Assembly (NCBI GenBank): GCA_051294375.1
Contig: CM119264.1
Coordinates: 7,883,301-7,947,300 of the forward strand
Source of the DNA: Paraspadella gotoi
Taxonomy: Eukaryota > Animalia > Chaetognatha
DNA: 64,000 bases
Reading direction: 5' to 3'
In this document: piece by piece, positions 1 through 12,712 of the stretch
How positions within the stretch are numbered: the stretch's first letter is position 1
Layout: every line of letters starts with the position of its first letter
The notes under the pieces: generated by a model
Told to the model about the DNA's origin: nothing
What the model saw: the letters and a program-made list of their open reading frames with translations, nothing else
Database searches by the model: none
Made by a program: the position numbers and the translations under genes

Positions 1-1
1 C

Positions 2-3000
2 GAATCCGAACGAGGCAGGACCGGCTACCCTGGGGCCGGCGGTGGTGGTCTGGGGGAAAAGGGCCGCGGGGGCGGCGGCGGAGTCGCCGAGGGCCGCGAT
101 CATCTCGAAGTTGAAACTAGGGACTCTCGCTCTGGTGGAATCGTCCCTCTTCTTCCTGCCCCGAAAAGTCGCGGCCTGGATCATTCGCCACGGGGAGGGG
201 CGGCGGCGCCTTCGTCGCTGAGCGCCGTTCAAGATCAGTGGAACTCTGAACCTCGGGTGCCGTCGTCGATCGCGGCGAAAGGAAACAGATCGAACGTCGC
301 CGGTCAACAATCGCCGGATCTCGGGCTTGGTGAGGATAATTGCTTTATTGTAAATGTGATTCACGATTTTATGAAATAAATTATTGACTTAAGTAGGTTC
401 TGTGTCTTATTTTCCCCAGGACCAACAAGTTCAGCTTCCCATCCAGTCCCGTTGTTTCCACCCGGCGTTCCTCCTCCTTCCTCTGGGACGAGGCCCGGGC
501 GTGCATCCCCGTTGAACAATTCTACATCGCCCGTTTCTCATTCCGGGGTAAGAGGGAGAAACTAATAATAAAATATTTTTTTATCTAGTACTGCCTTTTG
601 AACCATTGGCTAATTGGTTAGCTCATAGCATACAGCAATTATCGGGTCCCTCTCAAGAAAGACTTAACGTCTTTACTTGTCTCCCTTAACAATCGAGCTT
701 TGATTTTACCCTTAGACTCACGTAACTCTATGGATTTCGATTGTTTCTCAATTGACTTTCAGTTCTCCTCGGCGAGGCCCGCTCATACAAACGGACAGAT
801 TCAACCATTGCTGGGCAACGGGCCTCAGGCACCGCGACCGGCGCCTTCCTATCCCGTAGGCGGACGTGGAAGCGGGGGAAGCGTCGGTAGCGGGGGCAGT
901 GGCGCTCCGAGCCCCCGGGGCTTCGCGATTCGCGGACCCGTTGGAGCCGGGTCGTCTCTAGTAACGGAGCAGGATAGGATTTTCAAAAAAGTCAGAGGGT
1001 GAGTAATTGAGTACCATTACTACTATATCTTACGTTGAATTATTGTTTTTAAATATTCAGAGCAATCTGTACTTTTTTTGCAGAATATTAAACAAATTAA
1101 CGCCGGACAAATTCGACAAACTTAGTTTAGAACTTTTAAACGTTGGCATCGATTCGCCTCAAATTTTAAAAGGCATAATATTACTGGTGAGTTAACTCAT
1201 TTGCAAGTTAATACTTAATCGATTTAACTGCTCTTAGATGAAAAACGAAGTAATAAATTAGCAAACAAATATTCTCTTTGCAGATATTCGAGAAGGCTTT
1301 GGACGAACCAAAATATAGTTCCCTCTACGCTCAACTTTGTCGTCGTCTTCACGATGACGCTCCGAATTTCGATCCCCCGAACGTGACGAGTTCGAATCCC
1401 GCCCCCGCCTCCGGAAACTCTTCCTTCTCGCGGCTGCTTCTCAACAAGTGCAAAGATGAATTCGAGAACCGCTACAAGGCCACCAACGAGTTCGAGCTCA
1501 AGCGAGCCAACAATGATGGCCGCCCGCTCTCCATCGACGAGGAAGAGCAGGTGAAAGAGCCTCGATGCCGGAGAACGTCCCAGGGTATTATCCCCTGTTC
1601 TAATTTTATTGACCACTCCTTGTGATTAAAAAATTTTTTAAAGTAACCCTCAGAATCAGTTTTCTTCTTTTATTTTTAGGCCCTCATCGCAAAATCGAAA
1701 ATGCTGGGAAACATTAAGTTCATTGGGGAACTGGGAAAACTTAACATGTTGCACGAAAGAATTTTGCATCAATGCATTAAGCAACTTTTGGAGAGGAAAA
1801 AGGAAAATCCGACCAATTGGTCGCCCGAAGATTCTGAAATGGGCAAGAAGAAAGACGTGGCTGGAAAAGCGGGCGAAGTTGAGGTTTGTTGCAGATTTAC
1901 CCGGTATCCATTAATAATTTTTAAATATTAAATAATTTTTATAAACATTTTGTATTCGTGGTACTATAAATGTTTTAGGTCAAGGAGGCAGAAAACCTGG
2001 AGTGCCTCTGTCACTTGATGCGAACGGTCGGACCCAGACTCGACAAACCTGAAGCCAAAGCATGGATGGACGCTTACTTTGAAAGAATTAAAGGTATAAC
2101 TTTAATCTTGGGAAAGAGATGGACCACGCTAAAGACCTGAAATGAAAACCGTTCGATTTTATTCCTTCTCTCAGCTTTTCGCTCCAACGCGAAACTCCCC
2201 TCTCGCATCCGGTTTATGCTGCAAGACATCATTGATCTTCGCGGCCAGCGTTGGGCTAGTCGTCGCATCGGAATGAGTCTTCAGGATTCCGGTCCCAGGA
2301 CGATTCAGCAAGTCAGAGAAGACGCCGCCAAGGTAGGCAGTTCTTCAGTTCTTCTTCTAAACGCATCGATTTTGTGCTTCGTGATATTTTGTGCTAACTT
2401 TTGGTTCATTTTCGTTTTTGTTCGTTTGCCGCTTTAATTTTCTGGCCTACGCCCGACTTGTTCCTCTTTATTCACATTTAACCCATTTTATTTTCCCCCT
2501 CTTCTTTCCTTTTATCCCTTTTCTGCCTCACCGCAATCCCCACCTTTTTTTACTAATTACTCGCCTTTCTCCGATTTGCCTATTTGTGCTCGCCCACGTT
2601 TAACGCCTGCTAAAATAACGCGCGCGTACGAAAAAAAAAAAATTCGGCGAAACGAAATACAGGATTTAGGGATAAACGTAAAGGGGCTGGGGCAAAAGGA
2701 CAGCGCGTCCCCTGACATACATACCTTGTTGTATGGCGCGAGTATCGGTGATCCAAATGCCGATCTTTTCCAGGTGATGATAATATTTAATTTGATTTAA
2801 TTTAATTTGTAGTTTTGAGTATTGATTTAATCGCCGCCCTTCTATATGCCTTTACCTAATTTTACATGAGCCTTACTTTACCTTCTCCGTCACAGGACAT
2901 GGGACTATTTCTACCAGCCTCACAAGGCGGCGGCGCCGGGATGGCGCTCTCGTCAAATCCGTTGGCCGCGTTCGAATTGGGGCGGGGCGGCCCAGATTTT

Positions 3001-6000
3001 TTTGGCTCCACAAACAAGGGCGATCAGGTCAGGAAATATTACCGAGGACTTGTATCTATTTCTTCCTCCATTAAAGTGAGAGCGCTATTATTCAATCATT
3101 ATGACCATAGATGTCGTCTAAACACGGGACCTCCAACGACGGAGGAAAAGGTGGAAAGACCGTCAGCTTCGTGGAAGATATTCTTAGTGGAGGTATTTTT
3201 TGTAGAAAACATTGTCAGTTTTATTTTTCAGTGTTAATTACCTATAGTCATTTAGAGCGCAATATTGTTTTTAATTTTTAGGGCCGAAACTGTTCTCTGA
3301 AATTATTTTAAGGTCTTAGATCTGTACATTTTATTTTTGCAAAAATTACATCGTACAAGGTGGCGGTGGCGGCGGCAGCGGTGGTAATCTTCCAATCAAC
3401 CTCATCGGCGCCGGCGCCAGACGTGACGACGACGAAGTCATGGGCGGCGGCGGTCGCGCCTTCGGTGGCGAGAAGCGCGGCGGCGGTCTTAAGCTGGAGC
3501 GAATGGATTCGCGAGGTTTGACCGATCGACAGGAGAACAGCCTGAGTCAGTACGACCGTATGTACGAGCGACCCGAGCAGCGCGGACGCGAGCGCGGACA
3601 GCTCGGTCGCGCCGTCGGAGAGGAGGAGGAGCGGGGTGGTGGAGGAGAGGGCAGGACAGCGGGCGGAAGACGAAAGGAGGACGGAAGTTCGGGCAGGAAG
3701 GAGAGGAACTCCAACAAAAGCGCGAGCGGTGGTGCAGCTCCGTGGGGCAAGTCACTAGAAGAGCCTCGACGAGAAAAAGACGGTGAGTGCTGCAAACCGT
3801 TAGGGTGGGGCGAGGCGGGAGCGTTTGCTTTCTTTTCTCTTTACCAGTCACTTCCCCACCCCTCATAGGTGGCTCACATGGTAGAGACGAGGATCCCGTT
3901 CCTTCTCACCGCGGCGGTCGCGGCGGAAAGGGGGCCCCCACCAAGCGAGAAGAGTCGTTCCCTTCGTTTAAGCCAGAGGGAGAATCGTCATCTCGGTTCG
4001 TCGATAGCGATCCGGCGCCGGGTAGAGGCGGGCGGGGCGGATTTTCGCGTCGGGACGAAAATGCTTTCGGTGAGTGCGGGTTGTTTGAAACAATCTTCTC
4101 TAGATTCTAAATTACACTTTATTATTGTGGTTTTTTAAGCGTAGGCCCGTCTTGGGCGAGATTTAGGTTTACTTTTGATTTTTAGTGACGTCGTCGTCAC
4201 GATTTTTTACAATTGGATATTGTAAAAGTTTCATTCTATTCAGTTAAATTTGTTTCATTCATTCATTGTATTTTTTTAATACTTTTTTAAATAATGATTC
4301 CTTATCTTCACTTCAATCATTCATTATCATCGCATTAATCAATCATTCATTATCCTCTTAAGTTTTTGCACTATTCGAATTATGTATTCAAATTAAAAAG
4401 AAAATTCGTTGCGAAAACAAATCTTTTCTCTTGTTTAAATTTATACCAACATAATGAAAGGAAATTAACAAAGATTTTTTTTTAAATTAATTTTAAGATT
4501 TTTTGTTTTTTATTTCAACTTTTCCCTTTGCGCAGATTCCAAACGAGGGGCGGATCGACGCGGCGACGACTTTCCGCTGGGCGACCGTGGTAGAGGCGGG
4601 AGGGGAGTGAGAGGAGGCAAGTCTGGTCGAGGCGGCCGAGCGGGAGAGGAAAGACCAAGGTAAGTTTTGGGAAAGGGAGTGAATGCCAGAAAGGGAAAAA
4701 ATGTGTGGAGGAAATTACCCCAAAAAATATTTTTCGTTCCAGATTCAACGAGGGCGAGATTACCGCGGCTCAAGAGGCGGCGCAAATCAAAAACGCCATC
4801 TTTCCGCCTCAGAAACTGACGTTAAAGTCGTCAGTGATGCCTCTTAATACAGAGGAGATATCTCTTCGCCCGGCATCATTCGGTAAAGTGGAACGATCCC
4901 AGCTTAGTATTGTATAATAATATTGCTAAGTTTTATAATATAGCGAGCGAAAATTTATTTTCATTTGATCTATATATTCTAATAATAGGCGGAGCCACCA
5001 AAGGCGCCTCCATCGCGAAGACTAACAAAAGCACCAAGAAGCCGTCGACGACAACCTCTACGCCGACGACCGATTCCGGGAGCTCGGAGCAGCTCACCGC
5101 CTCGATGGCATCGCTCTCGGTGAAAAACGAGTGCAAGGGAAAGGCCGCCGCATCGCCTAAGGTCTGTTTTTTGTAATCGTCACCGTAATAGATAGGCCAT
5201 TTATTGCAATCGTGTTTTTTTTTTTCATTCAGAATTCCAGATCAGCCACGCCATCCTTGGTTCCCTCTTTCGACGAGGCGCGCGCCGTGGAGACGTTAAA
5301 GGCGCTCGTCACGTCGGCGGTCACCGATTTGCCCAACGGCGATGGCAGTCAAAGGGGGACACCTGAGCCTGACCAGGACTCGGAGTCCCAAGCGACGCGG
5401 ACCAAATGTTTGGAGGATGTTTTCGCTAGGGTCAAAGAGTTGTCGGCTCCCTCCAGGTATAGACAACGCTCGAGAGCACTAAAATTTGGTTTATGGCAAC
5501 AGCCGGGTTGCCTGTGATGCCCATTGGGATGGGGCATCTCACTGTTGGCTTTGGGGGCTTCCGACCCTCAGTGACGACTCCAGTCACTGGCGCGGTTACC
5601 CTAGGACGGTCTCGCTTTGCCAACGCAGAGGGAAGTCGTGAGAACTGTGGATGGAACACTACGCTTGGGATGGTGTGTTCCCCCTCTGAGCCAATGGATT
5701 TGGCTGAAGGATGGTCGATGTGAGGCGGTGTGAATATACCGCCACAGGTTGATGTTAAATATAAACATTTTTTCCCTTTCTGTCAGCTTTGTGCCGACCC
5801 TGTTCGCGACGGTGTTGACTTCCGCCCACGAGGCCAGGGAGAATCTGTCGTCCCGCGACGTGGCCTCTCTGCTTCTTGTCTCACTAACTGCGTTGTCGTC
5901 GAACGCGGAAGGGATCGCCGGAACCGGATACGAACGCCTCCTTGAACAAATGCCTTCCTTCGAGGCAACCATCCCGAGGATCAAGGCGCATGTGGCGCAC

Positions 6001-8170
6001 TTCGTAGCGCAAGTGAGCATTCGTCCCTCTCCTCTTTGTAGCGTTACCATCATTTTTTAAAATGTCTTTTAGGAATAAGTTTTTGTGTTTCAATAACGAA
6101 TTTTATTGACAATATTGACGCCTATTGCCAAAAAAAAAGAAAATATTACAAAAAAGTCTTTTATAATTCTTACTTTTTACTTTATCCTGCTCCCCTATAT
6201 TCAGGCGGTGTTGTCGGAGGAATTGAGCCTTGGTCAAGTGGCGACCCCGTTGAAAGGTGGCGCCCACTTTCCCCTCTTCCTTCTCGCGCTACAGGCAATG
6301 GTCAAAGATCCTTCGCACAAAGACGAGGCGGAGGCTAAGAACAGAGTTAAGACGCTTGTCGACGATAGTGGGGTCAAGCTGCCCGATATGGTTCCGCAGG
6401 TGAATTGATGACGATTGACGAATGAAAGAATAGGCTTAGCCACTAGCCAGGATTCAACGTGATCAAATTTCTCTTTCTCTCTCGCAGACTTCCCTGCCAA
6501 ACCTGCTGTCGGTCTTCAGCGATCGCGGCCTCGGCTTCCTTCTGCCACTGCTGCGTCTCCGAGTGGAACTCAGCAAAGCGGTTAACGAGGATCCGACGCC
6601 AAAAGCCCTCTACTCGTGGCTGCAAGATCACGTCGATGACCCGAAGATGAGGGCCTCGCAAGACTTCATCCACGTCCTTACCACCGTGTAAGTTAGAATT
6701 CTTACAATTTTTTTTCAAATCCATAAAGAACTCTTCTTACCTCAGAAGAGTGCGGGGTTATTCGGAACATGGACAGATAAAATAAAATAAATCTTTTATG
6801 ATTTTTTTTTTTGTGCATTTAACTGCTAGTCAAATTTCATCAGTCATATTAGACGTAATGATTATTGAATATTAATATATGATAGACGAGACTACTTATT
6901 TTTAGTTATTGTAATTTGTATAGAGTATTTAAGTATTTTACAAAGCTGCAATTAAATTGGGGTAAAACGGAACACGTTTTAATTTTTTAAAAAATGTGAC
7001 CCCTTAATTTGTTTTCAAAATATATTTACTATGCGAAAATCTTGATTACTTCCATAAGTGTTCCGAATTACCCCGCACTAGTAGTCACTACCCTACATAT
7101 TTTTTATCACCCTTCTCTTTTTTTCAGTCTGTTGACCTACGTCACTGAGCAGTCAACCCTTCGAGGGGACGAGGCCGAGTCGTCGTCCCAGGTTCCCCCT
7201 GGCAAAGAGAAGGCCGAGCAGGAGCGACAGCAATTGGCCAAGTTCTCGCCGATTCTCAAGAAATTCGTTGAGGACGAGGAGGAGGATGCGGCTGCCAAGG
7301 GTGGCACGAAGGGCCCCAAAAAAAGGGGCGGCGCCGGTGGCGAGATGAAGAGACAGATCGCCCTTGTTTACTCCATGCAAGTTTTCTGTCATCAAAAGGT
7401 TCGCTAAAAAATTCGCGAATAGTGTTGAATGTGTGGTTTATTCTGTATAGAGAAAGATAGGGTTAAAGTGACCGAGAGGAAAGGGGGTCGCCGTGCCTCT
7501 CAGAGGATTTGGATAGCCACCATATTTAGTGTGCCCAGTGGGTCTGGGAGATTTTTGCGTCAGATGCTTTGCTTTTAGGAAATTTGGATCAGGCTTGCTA
7601 CCGGTGGTTTAACCGACCCGTCACTCTTTTACAAGGACCGTTCCGACTAGGGCTAGAACCCGGGAACATTGTATGTCCGAAGATGAAGCATTAGCATTAG
7701 CTATGGTGGCGTTGATGGAAGGAACGGTCGTATTCAACGGGTAGTGATATTACGTCACTTCAGGGTTTTAATTTGCAGTAAAGACTTTGTCCATCTTAAT
7801 GATAATCTGTATTTTTTTTTCTTTGCGTCTTTCCCCATTTTTCCCCTCTTCCTTCGTTTCTCTCTCTCCCTCCTGCCTACAGGGTTGGCCGAAGGGAATG
7901 TTGCTGCGTCTCTTCACTTACATGTACGACTTGGAGGTGGTCGAAGAGGAGGCCTTTCTTCAGTGGAAGGAGGACATCAACGACGCTTATCCCGGCAAGG
8001 GTAAAGCGCTTTTTCAGGTAAAGTAGCGCTTCGTTTACTTAAAAAAAAACTTTTTTTTTATTTTAATACGAAGCGATTCTTTTCAATTCCGACGTTTTCA
8101 GGTCAATCAGTGGCTGACGTGGTTGGAGCAAGCAGAATCCGAGGACGAAGACGACGAGGACGACTCTTGA
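2..8170 (+). CDS. EIF4G2: Eukaryotic translation initiation factor 4 gamma 2 (DAP5/NAT1/p97), multi-exon, 5' end outside window
   Basis: GT-AG exons join in frame. MIF4G: IFKKVRG|[21 protein letters not shown]...[44 protein letters not shown]5-type EISLRPA motif near 4855. MA3 region: [13 protein letters not shown]2: [41 protein letters not shown]|[25 protein letters not shown] at 8168-8170. Confidence 0.95.
592..694 (+). ncRNA. Candidate intronic box H/ACA snoRNA
   Basis: In eIF4G2 intron 548-762: hairpin (aacca/tggtt), H box ACAGCA 632-637, second hairpin (ggg..aaagac/gtcttt..ccc), ACA 689-691 about 70 nt upstream of the acceptor. Confidence 0.55.
2663..2773 (+). CDS. EIF4G2: Alternative eIF4G2 exon A ([10 protein letters not shown]...ADLFQ), paired with exon B at 2896-3027
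   Basis: AG|...|GT, 111 nt, phase 0-0. Begins DLG, as exon B begins DMG, at the position of the DAP5 DLG motif. Confidence 0.6.
5491..5746 (+). repeat. Structured ~255-nt dispersed element, family A, copy 1 (eIF4G2 intron)
   Basis: Near-identical to 18096-18350; homologous to minus-strand copies at 26092-26315 and 20661-20877; many hairpins. Confidence 0.9.
7466..7760 (+). other. Structured ~295-nt intronic element, family B (second copy at 12022-12303 in the duplicated block)
   Basis: Closing helix aagtgac/gtcactt; crossing 9-bp helices gccaccata/tatggtggc and gaccgttcc/ggaacggtc. Confidence 0.55.
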
Positions 8171-8951
8171 GCAATATTATTTTTTATTATTTAAAAAAAG
8201 ACATACAAATGGAAAAAAAACCTTTTATGGATTATTTAGTATATCGACTTGGTTTAAATTATGTTTCAAGGTTGCTGTTTTTTCTTTTCCTTATTAATGT
8301 TTACTAAAAAATTATCCTAGTTAATCCGTTTTAATCACAAATCAACCTTTTTTTCGCTATCCCGGGCTACAACGAATCGATATTTTTTAAAGAAATACGT
8401 TGTAACCTTTATACGAATAGTTACAATAATTTTTATTCGTTCTATCCTTAAATACACTACAAGTTTATATTCTTTTGACGTGCGCCCTATACATATAGAC
8501 CTGGATTTTTTTATATCTGTTGAATTATCAACCGGTTTAATCTTTCTCTCTCAAGTTAGGGGTCTCCCCTTTCTCAACTTGTATCTTAGATCAGTAGTTG
8601 TATCAGTTGAATGATTAAACCTCAAAAGTAAAAGCAAGCCGATCTACGTAGTCGAGCGCATTTTTTTTACAATTGTCAACGAATGAAAATATTGCTATGA
8701 CGCGTGTATCGATTAAACAATTAAAAGAAAAAAACTTTTCTTTTGCGACGTCAATTTAAAAGTTAACACAGATAGGTCATCACTCCGAAAAAAATTTGCA
8801 GCAGCGGAAAACTGAAAAGATACTAATAAATTTGAATCCCTACCCTAGTGAAAAAAAAACTTATTAAAAAAGGGTACAATATATTAAGCGAGAAATGAGA
8901 ATTATTGCGCTCACACTCTTCGTCGGGCCGAGCGAAAGGCATTCTCGTAAC

Positions 8952-9092
8952 TCAGTGCTGCTTGAATTCTTGTGTGGCCAGGTTGCACTCGTTCGCCAGC
9001 TCGTAGACTTGCGGGTTCTTCAGTTCTCGCTCTGTGGGCACGCGATAGTCCCGCACGTGGGGCGGAACCAGGATTCGTATCGTCTTGAAATT
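8952..9092 (-). CDS. Duplicate of the FAM78-like terminal exon (NFKTIRILVPPHV...EFKQH*)
   Basis: 141-nt exon, nearly identical to 13491-13631. Confidence 0.7.
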   Translation of the reverse strand, partial: NFKTIRILVPPHVRDYRVPTERELKNPQVYELANECNLATQEFKQH

Positions 9093-10212
9093 CTGAGAGC
9101 AGAAAATTGGTTTTTCGTTTTATACTATTGAATTACTATTGCGATTAGAGAAAAAAGTCATGGAACTAGGGCCAATCCATGTCAATGGGGTGGGTCAGAA
9201 GTTTGATTTGTGAACCTTCCGAAATTAAACTTAATACATTTCTGAGAAAAATTTCAATGTACCAAATTTTATTAAAATGGCTAGAAGCACTAGTAATTAT
9301 TTGTTTAATTTATTATTTATTTATAGATAGGAATTTTTTTTTAAATTTTGTATTTTTTAAAGCAGATTCAGATAGTTTATGAAAAGTTGTCTACACAAAG
9401 TATAATTCTAAGTGGGTCAAAATTAGGAAAAACCTAGTTTTCGGTAATAAAACATCAAAGTTTTAATTACAATTTTTGCTTAAATTTTTGAGCTCTATCA
9501 GAATAAATTTAAAAAACTTAAAATATAAAAAAAGTTTTACATTATATATCAATATGATAATTTTAAACATTTTTGCAAAAAAATATTTTAACACAATGAC
9601 TAACACCAATAATGGATTTGTTTAATGCTGTTCCCATTAAAATTAGCTTAGTTCAAACCTATTAAATAAAATTAGAAAAGTGATATTTTTTTAATATTAA
9701 AAAAATTATAACTCTTTAACCGATAATCTTTTTTAAAATTCTTTCAGCAAAACAAGCATTATTTCTTTATTCAATTCGCCATAATTTTTTTACAAAATAT
9801 TTCACAAACATTGTTAAAAAATATCATTTTTTAAAAAAATTTATCAAAAATTGACCAAAACAATTGGTTTAAAAAAAATTTTCTTAGTAAAAAACTAACT
9901 AATTTATAATGCGAGTATGTAACATAGTCAATTTTTTCCACTCTACAAGATAGTTTGGGTTTCGTCCTCTAGCAATAAAGCTTTATAGATATTTAGCAAA
10001 AAGTCTATTTTTTACCATTTTTTTTCATTTTTTTTCAAAGTTGGCAGCATTTACTGTAAATTTTTTTTTGAAAAAAAATGTTCAAAAAATTCATATGATG
10101 TATGGGCACCTTTTACACAATACTCGTTTTTTGATTTCAAACTTTTCATATATGGCAAAGGTCTAGTAGTACACTACCCTACATATTTTTATCACCCTTC
10201 TCTTTTTTCCAG

Positions 10213-11065
10213 TCTGTTGACCTACGTCACTGAGCAGTCAACCCTTCGAGGGACGAGGCGAGTCGTCGTCCCAGGTTCCCCCTGGCAAAGAGAAGGCGAG
10301 CAGGAGCGACAGCAATTGGCCAAGTTCTCGCCATTCTCAAGAATTCGGTTGAGGACGAGGAGGAGGATGCGGCTGCCAAGGGTGCACGAAGGGCCCCAAA
10401 AAAAGGGCGCCGCCGGTGGCGAGATGAAGAGACAGATCGCCCTTGTTTACTCCATGCAAGTTTTCTGTCATCAAAGGTTCGCTAAAAAATTCGCGAATAG
10501 TGTTGAATGTGTGGTTTTTATTCTGTTGGGGATGCGCATCGTTTCTAAACAACTCATTGTTTTATATCAAATTTGGTAGCGTTCGAAGACAATTGCCAAA
10601 CATTATCTACATGCATAATTCATATATCCGATAATCCGTTCAAAGTAATCGCCAAAAGCAATCGCAAAAATCGCTCTTCAAACCGATCAACTTTCCTTTA
10701 AAATCGAGCTCGTTTTGATCCAACAAGATTAGACTATGCGTAGTACTAAGCTTTAGAACCGGCGCACAGTGAGATCCTGGGCTGATTTTTCAGAAAAATC
10801 CCGTTCAGTTAAAAATATTTTTTTATTATATATTAATTATAAAAATTTTTTTTTAATTTATTTGAATATTAAAATAATTAAAACAAAATTTTTATAATTT
10901 TAAATAAATAAAATAAATATATTTTATAATAAATATATATTATTATTAGATTATATAATAATAATAAAATAAATTATAATAATAAAATAATAATAATAAA
11001 AATAATAATTATAATTAAAAAAATAAAATTAAAAATAAAATATTTATATTTATTTATTATTATTA

Positions 11066-11098
<33 letters not shown>

Positions 11099-12712
11099 AT
11101 AAAAAAAAATAAAATTTTTTGATTTATTATATTTAATAGATTATTATATTTTATTAAAATTAAAATTTTATTTTAATTTTATATTTTTAATCATATCATA
11201 ATAAAAAAACTTGCAGTTTAAAAAATTAGTTAATTTTATTGTAAAATATATTTTTTTATACAATATATACTTTTTAATCTATATACTACCTTTCTCAGAT
11301 TGAATAAAAAAAAATTATTTTCAACACTATAATTATATTTATATAAATATTTTTATATATATATATTATTATATATATATATAATATTTAAAATTTATTT
11401 TTCTAGCATTTGGGACTCACAAGCAACACTGTCGACGATTTTTATTTTTAATAAGTTTTTATTGACTTTTTTTAAATTTTGCATTATATTGAGAAACGCT
11501 TTTGAATTAAGCCCGCGCTCTACCTGATTTGAATAGTAAATCAATACAGTTTCTGTCAATTGGATCAAAATTGAAAAAAAATGAAGGCTTGACTATGCAG
11601 TTTTCACCTAAAAAACCAGTTCATTTGATTGCTTTATCAACAATTAAGATTGCAAGAATTTTAATTTTGCCTTTTTTTTATCATGTAGAGAAGACAATAA
11701 GGTTTCGGAAACTGGACTAATATGTATGATTTGGTATTTTTTCTCAAGACCCAGGAGGTTTTCTTGGATTAGGGAAAAAACGCCCTGACCAGTCAATTTA
11801 AATACCATTTTGGCATGATAAAAATGGGAATATTCGATCGCGCTCTACCTCCATTGGCTTCCCAAGACGCCAAGCTTTCGAAATCTGCCCCATATTGATA
11901 TAATTTGTTTTGGCCTTGACTATGCAGTTTTTGAATAGAAGTGAAATATAAAGGAACCTTGATCGGAGCTTCGATTCGAACGATGCTCATCTCTAATTCT
12001 GTATAGAGAAAGATAGGGTTAAAGTGACCGAGAGGAAAGGGTCGCCGTGCCTCTCAGAGGATTTGGATAGCCACCATATTTAGTGTGCCCAGTGGGTCTG
12101 GGAGATTTTTGCGTCAGATGCTTTGCTTTTAGGAAATTTGGATCAGGTTGTAGAACCGACCCGTCACTCTTTTACAAGGACCGTTCCGACTAGGGCTAGA
12201 ACCCGGGAACATTGTATGTCCGAAGATGAAGCATTAGCATTAGCTATGGTGGCGTTGATGGAAGGAACGGTCGTATTCAACGGGTAGTGATATTACGTCA
12301 CTTCAGGGTTTTAATTTGCAGTAAAGACTTTGTCCATCTTAATGATAATCTGTATTTTTTTTCTTTGCGTCTTTCCCCATTTTTCCCCTCTTCCTTCGTT
12401 TCTCTCTCTCCCTCCTGCCTACAGGGTTGGCCGAAGGGAATGTTGCTGCGTCTCTTCACTTACATGTACGACTTGGAGGTGGTCGAAGAGGAGGCCTTTC
12501 TTCAGTGGAAGGAGGACATCAACGACGCTTATCCCGGCAAGGGTAAAGCGCTTTTTCAGGTAAAGTAGCGCTTCGTTTACTTAAAAAAAAACTTTTTTTT
12601 TATTTTAATACGAAGCGATTCTTTTCAATTCCGACGTTTTCAGGTCAATCAGTGGCTGACGTGGTTGGAGCAAGCAGAATCCGAGGACGAAGACGACGAG
12701 GACGACTCTTGA
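10213..12712 (+). pseudogene. EIF4G2: Second copy of the last three eIF4G2 exons (first exon frameshifted)
   Basis: Matches 7128-8170; several small indels in 10213-10477; no upstream exons. May be an allelic or low-quality assembly copy. Confidence 0.7.
10527..11995. mobile_element. Non-autonomous hAT-like DNA transposon with very AT-rich interior
   Basis: Imperfect TIRs tggggatgcgcatcgtt / aacgatgctcatctcta; flanking duplication attctgt (10520-10526, 11996-12002); empty site at about 7440. Confidence 0.8.

Larger units (their letters stand above)
7078..9642. repeat. Copy 1 of a tandemly repeated block (copy 2 = 10163-16667 with two TE insertions)
   Basis: Near-identical sequence from ctagtagt(a)cactaccctac to gctgttcccattaaaat. 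Confidence 0.95.

Noticed and set aside
5510-5522. ctgtgatgccc matches an 18S rRNA 11-mer
   Set aside because: The match does not extend; not rRNA.
7455-7468. taacccta on the minus strand as a telomerase template
   Set aside because: Too short, and on the wrong side of the pseudoknot.
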